Of a DNA stretch of 59,031 bases, positions 9,330 through 18,220 are shown in pieces; within the stretch, counting starts at the first letter, position 1; every line of letters begins with the position of its first letter. The notes below the pieces were generated by a model. The model did not search any database and was not told the DNA's origin. It saw nothing but the letters and a program-made list of their open reading frames with translations. The stretch comes from Solirubrobacteraceae bacterium (GTDB lineage: Bacteria; Actinomycetota; Thermoleophilia; Solirubrobacterales; Solirubrobacteraceae): contig DATJBO010000072.1 of NCBI GenBank assembly GCA_035515315.1, positions 1 through 59,031 of the forward strand, written 5' to 3'. Made by a program: the position numbers and the translations under genes.

Positions 9330-10016
9330 ATGGCAGAGATGGAATCTGTTTCTCCCAACGTGCAGGACTACGCCAAGGCGGTGTACGCCCTGGAGTCCCG
9401 CAGCTCGGGACAGGCCGTCTCCACCACCGACCTCGCCGAGCGCCTGGGCGTCACGCCCGGGTCCGTGTCGGCGATGGTGCGCAAGCTCGCCGACCTCGGC
9501 CTGGTCGAGCACGAGCCCTACCGGGGCGTGCGCCTGACGGCGCAGGGCCGGGAGGTGGCGCTCGAGGTCCTGCGCCACCATCGCCTGATCGAGCTGTTCC
9601 TGGCACAGGAGCTCGGGATGGGGTGGGACCGGGTCCACGCCGAGGCCGAGGTGCTCGAGCACGTCCTCTCTGAGGAGCTCGAGCAGCTGATCGCGTCGCG
9701 GCTGGGCAACCCCACGGTCGACCCCCACGGAGATCCGATACCCAGCCACGAGTTCGAGATCGAGGAGGCCCAGACGCGCAGCCTCGACGAACTCGGTGCG
9801 GGGGCCGTCGGGCGCTTCGTGCGCGTGTCGGACTCCGACCCGAAGATGCTCCGCTACCTGACCGGCCAGGGCGTCACCCTCGGCGACCGTCTCGAGGTCA
9901 CCGGCCGCCAGCCGTTCGGCGGCCCCGTGTTCGTGCGCTTCGGCGACCACGAGCTGGCGCTCGGCGGCGAGCTCGCGCGGGCGATGCGCATCGAGGTCGA
10001 GGCGGACCCGGCGTGA
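9330..10016 (+). CDS. mntR: DtxR/MntR family metal-dependent repressor with C-terminal FeoA-like domain
   Basis: QDYAKAVY, HTH, RHHRLIELFL, HAEAEVLEH, DPHGDPIP motifs; coupled to an Nramp gene. Confidence 0.92.
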   Translation: MAEMESVSPNVQDYAKAVYALESRSSGQAVSTTDLAERLGVTPGSVSAMVRKLADLGLVEHEPYRGVRLTAQGREVALEVLRHHRLIELFLAQELGMGWDRVHAEAEVLEHVLSEELEQLIASRLGNPTVDPHGDPIPSHEFEIEEAQTRSLDELGAGAVGRFVRVSDSDPKMLRYLTGQGVTLGDRLEVTGRQPFGGPVFVRFGDHELALGGELARAMRIEVEADPA

Positions 10017-11347
10017 CGCCGCCGCCGCCCGGCGAGCTGCGTCCGGCGCTCGAGGGTGCCGTCGCGGAGGGCGCATCGATAGCGCTCGGCGAGCCCGCGG
10101 TCGCCGTACCCAGCGCCCTCGAGCAGCTGCTCGCCAAAGGCAGCCTCCGAGCCACGCTGGCGATGCTCGGCCCGGCGTTCGTCGCCGCGATCGCCTACGT
10201 CGATCCGGGCAACTTCGCCACCAACTTCCAGGGGGGCGCCCAGTTCGGCTTCCTGCTGCTGTGGGTCGTGGTGCTGGCCAATGCGATGGCGATGCTGATC
10301 CAGTACCTGTCGGCCAAGCTCGGGATCGTCACCGACCGCAACCTGCCCGAGAGCGTCCGCGACCACTATCCCCGTGCGCTGTCCTGGGTGATGTGGGTGC
10401 AGGCCGAGATCGTCTCGATGTCCACCGACATCGCCGAGTTCCTGGGAGCGGCGCTCGGCCTGAACCTGCTGTTCCACGTACCGCTGGTGGTCGCCGGCGT
10501 GATGACGGGTGTGATCGCCTTCGCGATCCTCGAGCTGCGGGTGAAGGGCTATCGCCGCTTCGAGCTGGCGATCACGGGTCTGCTGGGGATCGTCTTCCTC
10601 GGATTCATGTACCAGGCGCTGAAGATCGGGCCCTCCGCCTCGGGCGCGGCGCACGGATTGATCCCCCACCTGGCGGGCAGCGGATCGCTGTACCTGGCGG
10701 TCGGGATCATCGGCGCGACGGTGATGCCGCACGCGATCTACCTGCACTCGGCGCTGACCCAGGGACGGATGCCGTGCCGCAACGACTCCGAGCGCGGGCG
10801 CGTGCTGCGCTTCGAGCGCACGGACGTGATCCTCGCGCTCGGCCTGGCCGGGCTGATCAACATCGCGATGCTCGCGGTCGCGGCGCAGCTCTTCCACGCC
10901 AGCGGTCACACCGGCATCGACACGATCCAGGGCGTGCACGCGGGCTTCGGGCACCTCGTGGGCGGCGGCGCGGCACTCGCCTTCGCGGTCGCCCTGTTCG
11001 CCTCCGGCGCCTCCTCCTCGAGCGTCGGCACGTACGCCGGGCAGGTCGTCATGGCGGGGTTCATCAAGGTGCGCATCTCCCTGTACGTACGCCGGATCAT
11101 CACGATGACCCCCGCCCTGGTGGTGCTCGCGCTGGGCGTGAGCCCAACCAGCGCGCTGGTGCTGAGCCAGGTGGTGCTGTCGTTCGGGATCCCCTTCGCG
11201 CTGATCCCGCTGGTGCTGCTCACGAGCCGTCGCGATGTGATGGGCGACCACGTCAACCGGCCGCTCACCACCCGGCTCGCGTGGATGATGGCCGCGCTGA
11301 TCGCGGCGCTGAATGTCTTTCTGCTGTTCGAGCAGCTGTTCGCCTGA
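10013..11347 (+). CDS. mntH: Nramp family Mn2+/Fe2+ transporter
   Basis: AYVDPGNFATN and GATVMPHAIYLHS signatures; GTYAGQVVMAGF. Confidence 0.95.
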   Translation: MTPPPPGELRPALEGAVAEGASIALGEPAVAVPSALEQLLAKGSLRATLAMLGPAFVAAIAYVDPGNFATNFQGGAQFGFLLLWVVVLANAMAMLIQYLSAKLGIVTDRNLPESVRDHYPRALSWVMWVQAEIVSMSTDIAEFLGAALGLNLLFHVPLVVAGVMTGVIAFAILELRVKGYRRFELAITGLLGIVFLGFMYQALKIGPSASGAAHGLIPHLAGSGSLYLAVGIIGATVMPHAIYLHSALTQGRMPCRNDSERGRVLRFERTDVILALGLAGLINIAMLAVAAQLFHASGHTGIDTIQGVHAGFGHLVGGGAALAFAVALFASGASSSSVGTYAGQVVMAGFIKVRISLYVRRIITMTPALVVLALGVSPTSALVLSQVVLSFGIPFALIPLVLLTSRRDVMGDHVNRPLTTRLAWMMAALIAALNVFLLFEQLFA

Positions 11348-11354
11348 GGGCGGG

Positions 11355-11891
11355 CTAGGCGGCGTGCGCGCGCTCTTCCTCCCGCGCCCGCTCCTCCTCA
11401 GCCCGCCGTTCCTCACGCGCCTGCGCTTCTTCACGCACCCGGGCTCGCTCGAGGAGCACCGATTCGGCGTCGTTCAAGAGGTCGTACCCTTCGATCGTCA
11501 GCCACAGGTTGCCGTCGCCCCCGTCACGTTCGACGTAGCCGAGCTCCTCGAGCTCGTCGAGCAGCGAGGCGGTTCTGCGGGGATCGGTCCCTAGCCGCTC
11601 GGCGAGCTCGCGCGCCGTGGATCCCTCCGGTCCGGGCGGGCAGAAGACAGGCACATGGTCGCTGGAGAGCTCGTTCGGGCGCCTGCGACGCCAGCGCCCG
11701 AGGATCTCCTCGATGGTGGGCTCATCGAGGCGTTGCTCCGCCATGACCCGCACCACGTCCCGTTCTCGGGCCCGCGTCATGCGGCGGCCCACCAGGTACA
11801 GCACCACGACTGGAGCCACGAACGGGAGCCACTCCTCGACGGGGATGTTGCCGATGTGGGCCAGCACCACCACACCTCGATTGTGGCGCAT
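11355..11891 (-). CDS. Membrane-tethered MarR-like winged-helix protein (true start may be a GTG a few codons downstream)
   Basis: N-terminal LAHIGNIPVEEWLPF plus TM; STARELAERLGTDPRRTASLLDELEELGYVER..LTIEG wHTH pattern. Confidence 0.65.
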   Translation of the reverse strand: MRHNRGVVVLAHIGNIPVEEWLPFVAPVVVLYLVGRRMTRARERDVVRVMAEQRLDEPTIEEILGRWRRRRPNELSSDHVPVFCPPGPEGSTARELAERLGTDPRRTASLLDELEELGYVERDGGDGNLWLTIEGYDLLNDAESVLLERARVREEAQAREERRAEEERAREEERAHAA

Positions 11892-11949
11892 CAGGGCGTC
11901 CGACGAACAGGCACGCCGGCAAACGCGACTCCCTAGACTCGCCCTCGCG

Positions 11950-13392
11950 ATGAAGGCTCCCCGGCGGCTGCTCGCACGTGCGGCGCTCGTGCCCGTGGTT
12001 CTCGCGCCGTGCGGGGTGGCACTGCTATTCCCGGCGGTCGCCGAGGCCCACGGGATCGTCGGCCGCGCCGACCTCCCGATACCGGTCTGGCTGTTCAGCT
12101 GGGCGGCGGGGATCGTGCTGGTGGTGTCGTTCGTAGCGCTGTCGGCGCTGTGGACCAGCCCGCAGCTGCAGACCGAACATCGCAGACACCTGCTCCACCT
12201 GCCCCGCGCCGTGGAGGAGCTGGCGAGCCTCGTCGGAGTCGCCGTGTTCGCGCTGGTCCTGTACAGCGGCTTCGCCGGCAGCCAGGTGTGGTCGGTGAAC
12301 TTCAGCGTGACCTTCGTCTACGTGATCTTCTGGGTGGGGATGCCGATCGTCAGCGTGCTGCTCGGCGACGTCTTCTCGGTGTTGAGCCCGTGGCGATCCT
12401 GTGCCAGGGCAATCCGCTGGAGCGGTCGGCGGCTCGCCCCGAGGGCGTTCGCAGAGCCGCCTCTGCGCTATCCGGAGAGGCTCGGCCAGTGGCCCGCGGT
12501 GGCGCTGCTCGTCGGCTTCGCGTGGCTGGAGCTGGTCTACGTCGAACGCGACAGCCCCTCGATCCTGGCAGCCCTGTCGCTCGGCTACTTCGTGGTTATG
12601 CTCGCCGGCATGCTCGCCTTCGGCGTTGAGAGGTGGGCCACCAGCGCCGACGGTTTCGGCGCCTACTTCGGGCTGCTGTCGCGGATGTCGCCGCTCACGG
12701 TGGACGAGCATGCAGACGTGTACGCACGCCGTCCCCTCAGCGGCCTAGCGGGAATGCCGGTGCGCCCCGGGACGGTGATGCTCGTGTGCGCGGTGATCGG
12801 CACCACGACCTTCGACGGCTTCTCCAACGACGTCCTCTGGCGCAAGCTCGAGCCCCACCTGCAGAGCATCTACTCGGGTCTGAGCTTCCACCCCACGCCC
12901 GCCATCGAGCTCGCCTACACGACCGGCCTGCTCCTATGCGTGTTGCTCATACGGGGCATCTACGAGCTCGGGATCAGGGGTGTGCAGAGCGTGAGCTTCC
13001 GCTACACCAGGGCCGAGCTGAGCCACGCCTTCGCGCATACGCTCGTCCCGATCGGCTTCGCGTACGTGCTCGCCCACTACTTCTCCCTGCTGATCTGGCA
13101 GGGGCAGGCGATCGGCTATCTCGCGTCGGACCCGCTCGGCAACGGCTCGAACATCTTCGGCACCTCCTCCTACCGGATCGACTACACGATCATCTCGTTC
13201 GCGGCGATCTGGTACGTGCAGGTGAGCGCGCTGGTCGCCGGCCACGTGGGGGCGCTGACGTTGGCACACGACCGAGCGCTCAGCATGTACCGGGGCGCCC
13301 AGGAAGCAGTGCGCTCGCAGTACTGGATGCTGACCGTGATGGTCGCCTTCACGTGCTTCGGACTGTGGCTGCTGTCGGCCGTCGGGACATGA
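11950..13392 (+). CDS. Multi-pass membrane protein of the family often annotated fenitrothion hydrolase (FedB-like)
   Basis: Signal peptide then HGIVGRADLPIPVWLF; SPWR, TTFDGF, AHYFS, SDPLG, GHVGALTLAHDRAL, SQYWML motifs. Confidence 0.75.
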   Translation: MKAPRRLLARAALVPVVLAPCGVALLFPAVAEAHGIVGRADLPIPVWLFSWAAGIVLVVSFVALSALWTSPQLQTEHRRHLLHLPRAVEELASLVGVAVFALVLYSGFAGSQVWSVNFSVTFVYVIFWVGMPIVSVLLGDVFSVLSPWRSCARAIRWSGRRLAPRAFAEPPLRYPERLGQWPAVALLVGFAWLELVYVERDSPSILAALSLGYFVVMLAGMLAFGVERWATSADGFGAYFGLLSRMSPLTVDEHADVYARRPLSGLAGMPVRPGTVMLVCAVIGTTTFDGFSNDVLWRKLEPHLQSIYSGLSFHPTPAIELAYTTGLLLCVLLIRGIYELGIRGVQSVSFRYTRAELSHAFAHTLVPIGFAYVLAHYFSLLIWQGQAIGYLASDPLGNGSNIFGTSSYRIDYTIISFAAIWYVQVSALVAGHVGALTLAHDRALSMYRGAQEAVRSQYWMLTVMVAFTCFGLWLLSAVGT

Positions 13393-13808
13393 GCGGCCCG
13401 TCCCGGCCCAGAGGCCGGCGGCCGGGAGTAGTCTGTTCGGACGTGGCATCCGAGCGCACGCGCCCGCCGCGACCCGTGTCCGCGTTAGCACGCTGGAGCC
13501 GGGTGGCGCTGCCCGCCCTCGCTGCGACGGTCGTCCTGCTGGTGGCGATCGCGTCGATCGATCCGAGCGTGCTGTCGGTTCTGCCGGCGCTGGCGCTCGC
13601 GCTGGTGCTCGCGCTGCGCCGGTACCCGGGCGAGAAGACGCTGCTCGCGCTCTCGCGCTCTTGCCGCCGCGACCGCCGGCGCCGGACCTCCGCGAGGCTG
13701 AGTCGGCCGCGCTGCTGGATCGGGCCGTCCGTCCCGCGCGGCGGACTGCTGCTCGCCTGCTCGCTGGCGGACCGGCCCCCGCCGCCGCTCCTGCTCGCGA
13801 CACGCTGA
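13389..13808 (+). CDS. Small membrane protein ending in SLADRPPPP (candidate arrest/leader peptide); alternative start GTG 13443
   Basis: ATGA overlap with the upstream stop; two hydrophobic segments, RRYPGE, Arg-rich linker, RGGLLLACSLADRPPPP. Confidence 0.65.
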   Translation: MSGPSRPRGRRPGVVCSDVASERTRPPRPVSALARWSRVALPALAATVVLLVAIASIDPSVLSVLPALALALVLALRRYPGEKTLLALSRSCRRDRRRRTSARLSRPRCWIGPSVPRGGLLLACSLADRPPPPLLLATR

Positions 13809-13898
13809 GCGGCCCCGCAGGGGGCTGCCGGTGCCACGCGCGCGGCCGCCCGGCGCGGTCGCAGCTGTCCCCACCTTCGAGCCTCACGAGGAGCCTCA

Positions 13899-14645
13899 AT
13901 GTCACGACCTGCCGTGCCTGCCCTGTTCGGGGTATCGGTGCTGCTCGGAGCGGCCATCGCGACCGCTGCGAGGGCGCAAAGCGCGCCCACCCACGAGAGC
14001 GGCAACCCGATCAACGACCAGGGCGCCAACTACCACTACCGCACCTACATCACCTCGATCACCCCCCAGGCGCGGGGGCTGAGCGTCGAAGTGCTCGAGT
14101 TCGCCGACCGTCTGCTGCTGCGCAACGGCACCGGGAAGACGGTCACCGTGTACGGCTACTCGGGCGAGCCCTACGCGCGCGTGCTGCCAAATGGGGCCGC
14201 CGAGCAGAACAAGCGCTCGCCGGCCGTCTACCTGAACACCAACTTCTACGCCCAGGTGACGGTGCCCCCGGCGGCGGACGCGACGGCGCCCCCGAGTTGG
14301 GAGACGGTCGATCGCACCGGCCAGTTCGAATGGCACGACCACCGCATCCACTGGATGAGCCCGGTCAAGCCCCCGATCGTCAAGGACACCTCCAAGCGCA
14401 CGAAGATCTTCGACTGGATGGTGCCGATCAAGGTCGGCAACCAGCCCGGTGCGATCCGCGGAGAACTGTTCTGGGTTCCGGAGAGCTCCAGCGCGTCGAC
14501 CGGCGCGATCGTCGCCGGCGTCGCGATAGTGCTGGCCGGTCTGGCGATCGTCGTGGTGCTCAGGCGCCGTCGTGCCCGCAATGGGCCGCCGCCCCGCGAC
14601 GGCGCCGCGGGCGACCCCGGCGGCCCGGCCCCGGAGGCGTGGTGA
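13899..14645 (+). CDS. Secreted, C-terminally anchored hypothetical protein with WHDHRIHWM motif
   Basis: AGGAG RBS; signal peptide; His/Met/Trp motif; C-terminal TM followed by RRRRAR. Confidence 0.8.
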   Translation: MSRPAVPALFGVSVLLGAAIATAARAQSAPTHESGNPINDQGANYHYRTYITSITPQARGLSVEVLEFADRLLLRNGTGKTVTVYGYSGEPYARVLPNGAAEQNKRSPAVYLNTNFYAQVTVPPAADATAPPSWETVDRTGQFEWHDHRIHWMSPVKPPIVKDTSKRTKIFDWMVPIKVGNQPGAIRGELFWVPESSSASTGAIVAGVAIVLAGLAIVVVLRRRRARNGPPPRDGAAGDPGGPAPEAW

Positions 14646-14649
14646 ACGC

Positions 14650-16479
14650 ATGCGGGGGTGTCGCGGACGGACTCGCTCGCTGATCGCCGCTGCCACGGTC
14701 CTCGCCGGCTGCGGGCTGGTCGCGCTCGCCTGCGCGCCCGCGGCGTTCGCGCACGCCCAACTGCTCGGCACCGCCCCGGCATCGGGGAGCACCGTCCCCA
14801 CCCAGCCCCCGGAGGTGATCTTCCAGTTCAACCAGAACGTGGGCGGAACCGCCGGTGCCGTGCGCGTCTACAACGCCCAGGGCGAGGAGGTCGACAACCT
14901 CGACGTCTCCCACCCCGACGGCGACGAGCACTGGATGGGGGTGGGTCTGCAGACCCACCTGCCGGACGGGACCTACACGGCGACCTACCGTGTCATCTCG
15001 GCGGACACCCACATCGTCTACGGGGGGCTGGTGTTCAGCATCGGACATCCCGGCGCAGCCCCGAAGTACACCGTCGCGGGCCTGATCGGCCGCAACGAGG
15101 CGGGTCGCGTGACGAAGGTCGCGTTCGGCGTGGTCCGCGTGCTCGACTACCTCTCGATCGCGCTGATGATCGGGGGCCTCGTGTTCGCGTACGCGGTCTG
15201 GGCCCCGGCGCTGGACGCCGTCGCCCACCCCGATCCCCGCTGGTCGCAGGCCTCCGTCGCATTCACGCGCCGTGCCTGGCGGCTGCTCGCCGTGGCCGTC
15301 GTGATGGGCGCGATCGTCAGCCTGCTCGGTGTGCTCCTGCAGGGAGCCACGGCGGCGGGAGTGTCGCTGTGGAGCTCGCTGAAAGCGAGCATCCTGCAAG
15401 ACACGCTCGAAAGCCGCTTCGGGTGGGTGTGGGCGCTTCGCGCGCTCGACTGGCTGCTGCTCGGGACGCTGCTGCTCGCCACCCGCGCCGCCGGCCGGAA
15501 CGCGTTGCCTCGCCTTCTCTCAGATCCGGGCGGCGACGGCCCGTCGCGCGTGCGCGTGGGCCGTCCACCCGTGTGGCTGGTCGCGGTGCTCGGGTTGGGC
15601 TGCGCCTACCTCACGGTCACGCTCGCGCTCGCCGGACACGCCAGCATCCAGAGCCCGACCGGCGTCTTCTTCCCGTCCGAGGCGCTGCACGTCCTCGCCG
15701 CCAGCGTGTGGGTCGGTGGAATCGCCTGCCTGCTGTTGGCGCTGCCGGCGGCCACCCGGAGCCTGGAGGGTGGAGAGCGCACACGGCTGCTGTTCGGTGC
15801 CCTCCATCGCTTTTCCCCGCTCGCCCTCGCAGCCGTCGTCGCGATCGCCGCCACCGGTGCGATCCAGGCCTACATCGACGCGCGCACGCTGCACGGTCTG
15901 CTGCACACCACCTACGGGGCGCTGATCATCGCCAAGACGGTGCTGCTGGGCGGGCTGGTCGTGATCGGCTGGGTGAACCGGCGGCGGCTGATCCCCGCGC
16001 TGCAGCGCATCGCGGCAGCGGCGACGGAGCCGGGCGGCGTAGGGGTGCTGGCACGCCGCACGCTGCGCGGCGAGCTGGTCCTGATGATGTGCGTGTTCGG
16101 GGTGACCGCAGCCCTCGTCACCTACGCGCCGCCGATCGACGCCGCCTCGGGGCCGTTCTCGACGAACACGACGATCGGCCCGGCCGTTCTGGAGATGACC
16201 GTGGAACCGGCGAAAGTCGGGCCCAACACGGTCCACCTCTACCTGATCGACGCCAAGACCGGCGCGCAGTTCACAGCCTCCAAGGAACTGACGGCGACCG
16301 CGAAGCTGCCCACGAAGGGCATCGGCCCGCTGCCGCTGAAGGCGTCGCTCGCCGGTCCCGGTCATTACATCCTCAGCTCGGCCGTGCTCAGCCCCGGGGG
16401 CACGTGGGCGATCGAAATCGTCGACCGCGTGTCCGAATTCGAACAGTTCACCCGCGTGGTGAAGGTGCCGATCTCGTGA
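14650..16479 (+). CDS. CopC-CopD fusion copper uptake protein (YcnJ-like) with C-terminal YtkA/FixH-like domain
   Basis: AFA-HAQLLGTAP N-terminal His; YRVISADTH; CopD motifs AGHAS, HVLAASVWVGG, TTYGALIIAK. Confidence 0.9.
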   Translation: MRGCRGRTRSLIAAATVLAGCGLVALACAPAAFAHAQLLGTAPASGSTVPTQPPEVIFQFNQNVGGTAGAVRVYNAQGEEVDNLDVSHPDGDEHWMGVGLQTHLPDGTYTATYRVISADTHIVYGGLVFSIGHPGAAPKYTVAGLIGRNEAGRVTKVAFGVVRVLDYLSIALMIGGLVFAYAVWAPALDAVAHPDPRWSQASVAFTRRAWRLLAVAVVMGAIVSLLGVLLQGATAAGVSLWSSLKASILQDTLESRFGWVWALRALDWLLLGTLLLATRAAGRNALPRLLSDPGGDGPSRVRVGRPPVWLVAVLGLGCAYLTVTLALAGHASIQSPTGVFFPSEALHVLAASVWVGGIACLLLALPAATRSLEGGERTRLLFGALHRFSPLALAAVVAIAATGAIQAYIDARTLHGLLHTTYGALIIAKTVLLGGLVVIGWVNRRRLIPALQRIAAAATEPGGVGVLARRTLRGELVLMMCVFGVTAALVTYAPPIDAASGPFSTNTTIGPAVLEMTVEPAKVGPNTVHLYLIDAKTGAQFTASKELTATAKLPTKGIGPLPLKASLAGPGHYILSSAVLSPGGTWAIEIVDRVSEFEQFTRVVKVPIS

Positions 16480-16521
16480 GCCGGCCGGCGATGAGGCAAA
16501 CGAAGAGGAGGAAATGAGGAC

Positions 16522-17247
16522 ATGCAGCTCAAGAAGGTCGCCATCGCGCTCGTCGCAGGTCTCCTCGCGGTTCCGGCGGCGGCACAGGCCCACGTCAGCC
16601 TCCACCCCAACACGATCCCGGCGGGCGCCTTCGCGACGCTCGACGTGAGGGTGCCGGGCGAGCAGGAAGGCGCACACGTCACGAAGGTGGACGTGCTGTT
16701 CCCGCCAGGCTTCGTGGGCGTGGACTACGAAAACGTCCCCGGCTGGAGCACGCACGTGATCGAAACGAAGCTCGCGACACCGATCACCGAAGACGGTGAA
16801 ACGATCGACACCGAGGTCTCACAGATCGTGTGGACGTGGACCGGCCCGCTGGGGAAAGTCGACAACGGCCAGTTCATCAACTTCCCCCTGTCGGTCGCGA
16901 TACCCGACGACGCGGCCGGCAAACCGCTGGAATTCCGGACGGTGCAGACCTACAGCAACGGCCAGGTCGTCCACTGGATCGACCCGTCGCTGACGGCCGA
17001 ACACCCCGCTCCGAGGATCAACGTCACGGCCAAGGGCGGCGTCGTCCAGGAAGTGGCCGGCGACGAGGCCGGGCCCGAAGCCGGTGCCACGGGCAGCGGC
17101 TCGACGACCCCGGCGGCGACCTCGACACACACCAGCGGCGGCGCCTCGACGGGCCTCGCGGTGGCGGCTCTGGTCGTCGGCCTCGTCGGGCTTGCACTTG
17201 GCGCCCTGGCGCTCGTGGCAATCAGGAGGTCGAAGATGGCCGGGTAG
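16522..17247 (+). CDS. ycnI: YcnI (DUF1775) copper-binding membrane protein
   Basis: AQA-HVSLHP, VRVPGE, VPGWS, QTYSNGQVVHW, HPAP motifs; C-terminal TM. Confidence 0.9.
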   Translation: MQLKKVAIALVAGLLAVPAAAQAHVSLHPNTIPAGAFATLDVRVPGEQEGAHVTKVDVLFPPGFVGVDYENVPGWSTHVIETKLATPITEDGETIDTEVSQIVWTWTGPLGKVDNGQFINFPLSVAIPDDAAGKPLEFRTVQTYSNGQVVHWIDPSLTAEHPAPRINVTAKGGVVQEVAGDEAGPEAGATGSGSTTPAATSTHTSGGASTGLAVAALVVGLVGLALGALALVAIRRSKMAG

Positions 17248-17296
17248 TCGCCGCGACTTGCGCCGGCGTTTAGGCGCCTCTGCGAGACTTGCCTCG

Positions 17297-18031
17297 ATGA
17301 GCACCAAGGCGCCCGGCGGCTCCCCTCCGCCCGCCTCCCCCGAGGACGATCCCGATCGGTCGCCATCCCCAGAGGATCAGCGTGCCGCAGGGCGTCTGCG
17401 CCTGTACCTACCGATCGCCGTCATCGTGCTGCTCGTCGGCGGGGCCGCGGCGTTGGTCGCAACCGGCTCGAGCAGCAAGCAGCAGCTGCCGGACAACGCG
17501 AAGAGCGTTCACAGTGGCAGGTTCGACGGGTCGCTGTTGCAGCCCGCACGCCAGGCACCGCCCCTGTCGTCGCTGCGCAACTATCAGGGCCGGCCCGTCA
17601 ACCTCACCAACTACCGCGGCAAAGCCGTGTTCGTCACGTTCCTGTACACGCACTGCCCCGACGTCTGCCCGCTGATCGCCTCGCAGCTGCACAACGCCGT
17701 CAGCCGCCTCGGGTCGCGGGCCGGCGAGGTGCAGCTGGTGGCCGTGTCTGTCGATCCCCGCGGCGACACGTCGGCGAGCGTCGGTCGCTTCCTGAAGGAG
17801 CACCAGCTGACCGGCCAGATGCAGTACCTGATCGGCTCCGCCGCCGAGCTCGCGCCGGTCTGGCAAGCATGGGGAGTCGGCTCCCAGAGGGACGCCGGAA
17901 ACCCGGAATTCATCAACCACTCGGCGCTGGTCTACGGGATCAGCGCGAGCGGCAAGCTCACCACCATCTACCCCTCGAACCTCAACCCGCCGGAAATCGA
18001 CCACGACGTGCCGCTGCTGCTCGCGAGCTGA
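17297..18031 (+). CDS. SCO1/SenC copper chaperone
   Basis: TM anchor; FLYTHCPDVCP, VSVDPRGD, conserved His in INHSA. Confidence 0.92.
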   Translation: MSTKAPGGSPPPASPEDDPDRSPSPEDQRAAGRLRLYLPIAVIVLLVGGAAALVATGSSSKQQLPDNAKSVHSGRFDGSLLQPARQAPPLSSLRNYQGRPVNLTNYRGKAVFVTFLYTHCPDVCPLIASQLHNAVSRLGSRAGEVQLVAVSVDPRGDTSASVGRFLKEHQLTGQMQYLIGSAAELAPVWQAWGVGSQRDAGNPEFINHSALVYGISASGKLTTIYPSNLNPPEIDHDVPLLLAS

Positions 18032-18220
18032 AGCATCCCCGGCCCCACGGCCGGCGCTGCGGCCGGCCGATCGGTGAGCCGAGCGTGGCGTCCATCACGC
18101 CCGGGTCCAGGCGGCTTCGCCCTGCGACGAGGCAACGAGCTGCGGCGGGCGGGTGCGGACGCGCGAGGGGCCCCGGTGGACGGGGCCCCTCGGGGCTTGC
18201 GCGCTGCGGAGAGTCTTCGT

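Noticed and set aside
9130-9330. yybP-ykoY Mn riboswitch upstream of mntR-mntH
   Set aside because: The transcript appears leaderless and no matching motif was seen
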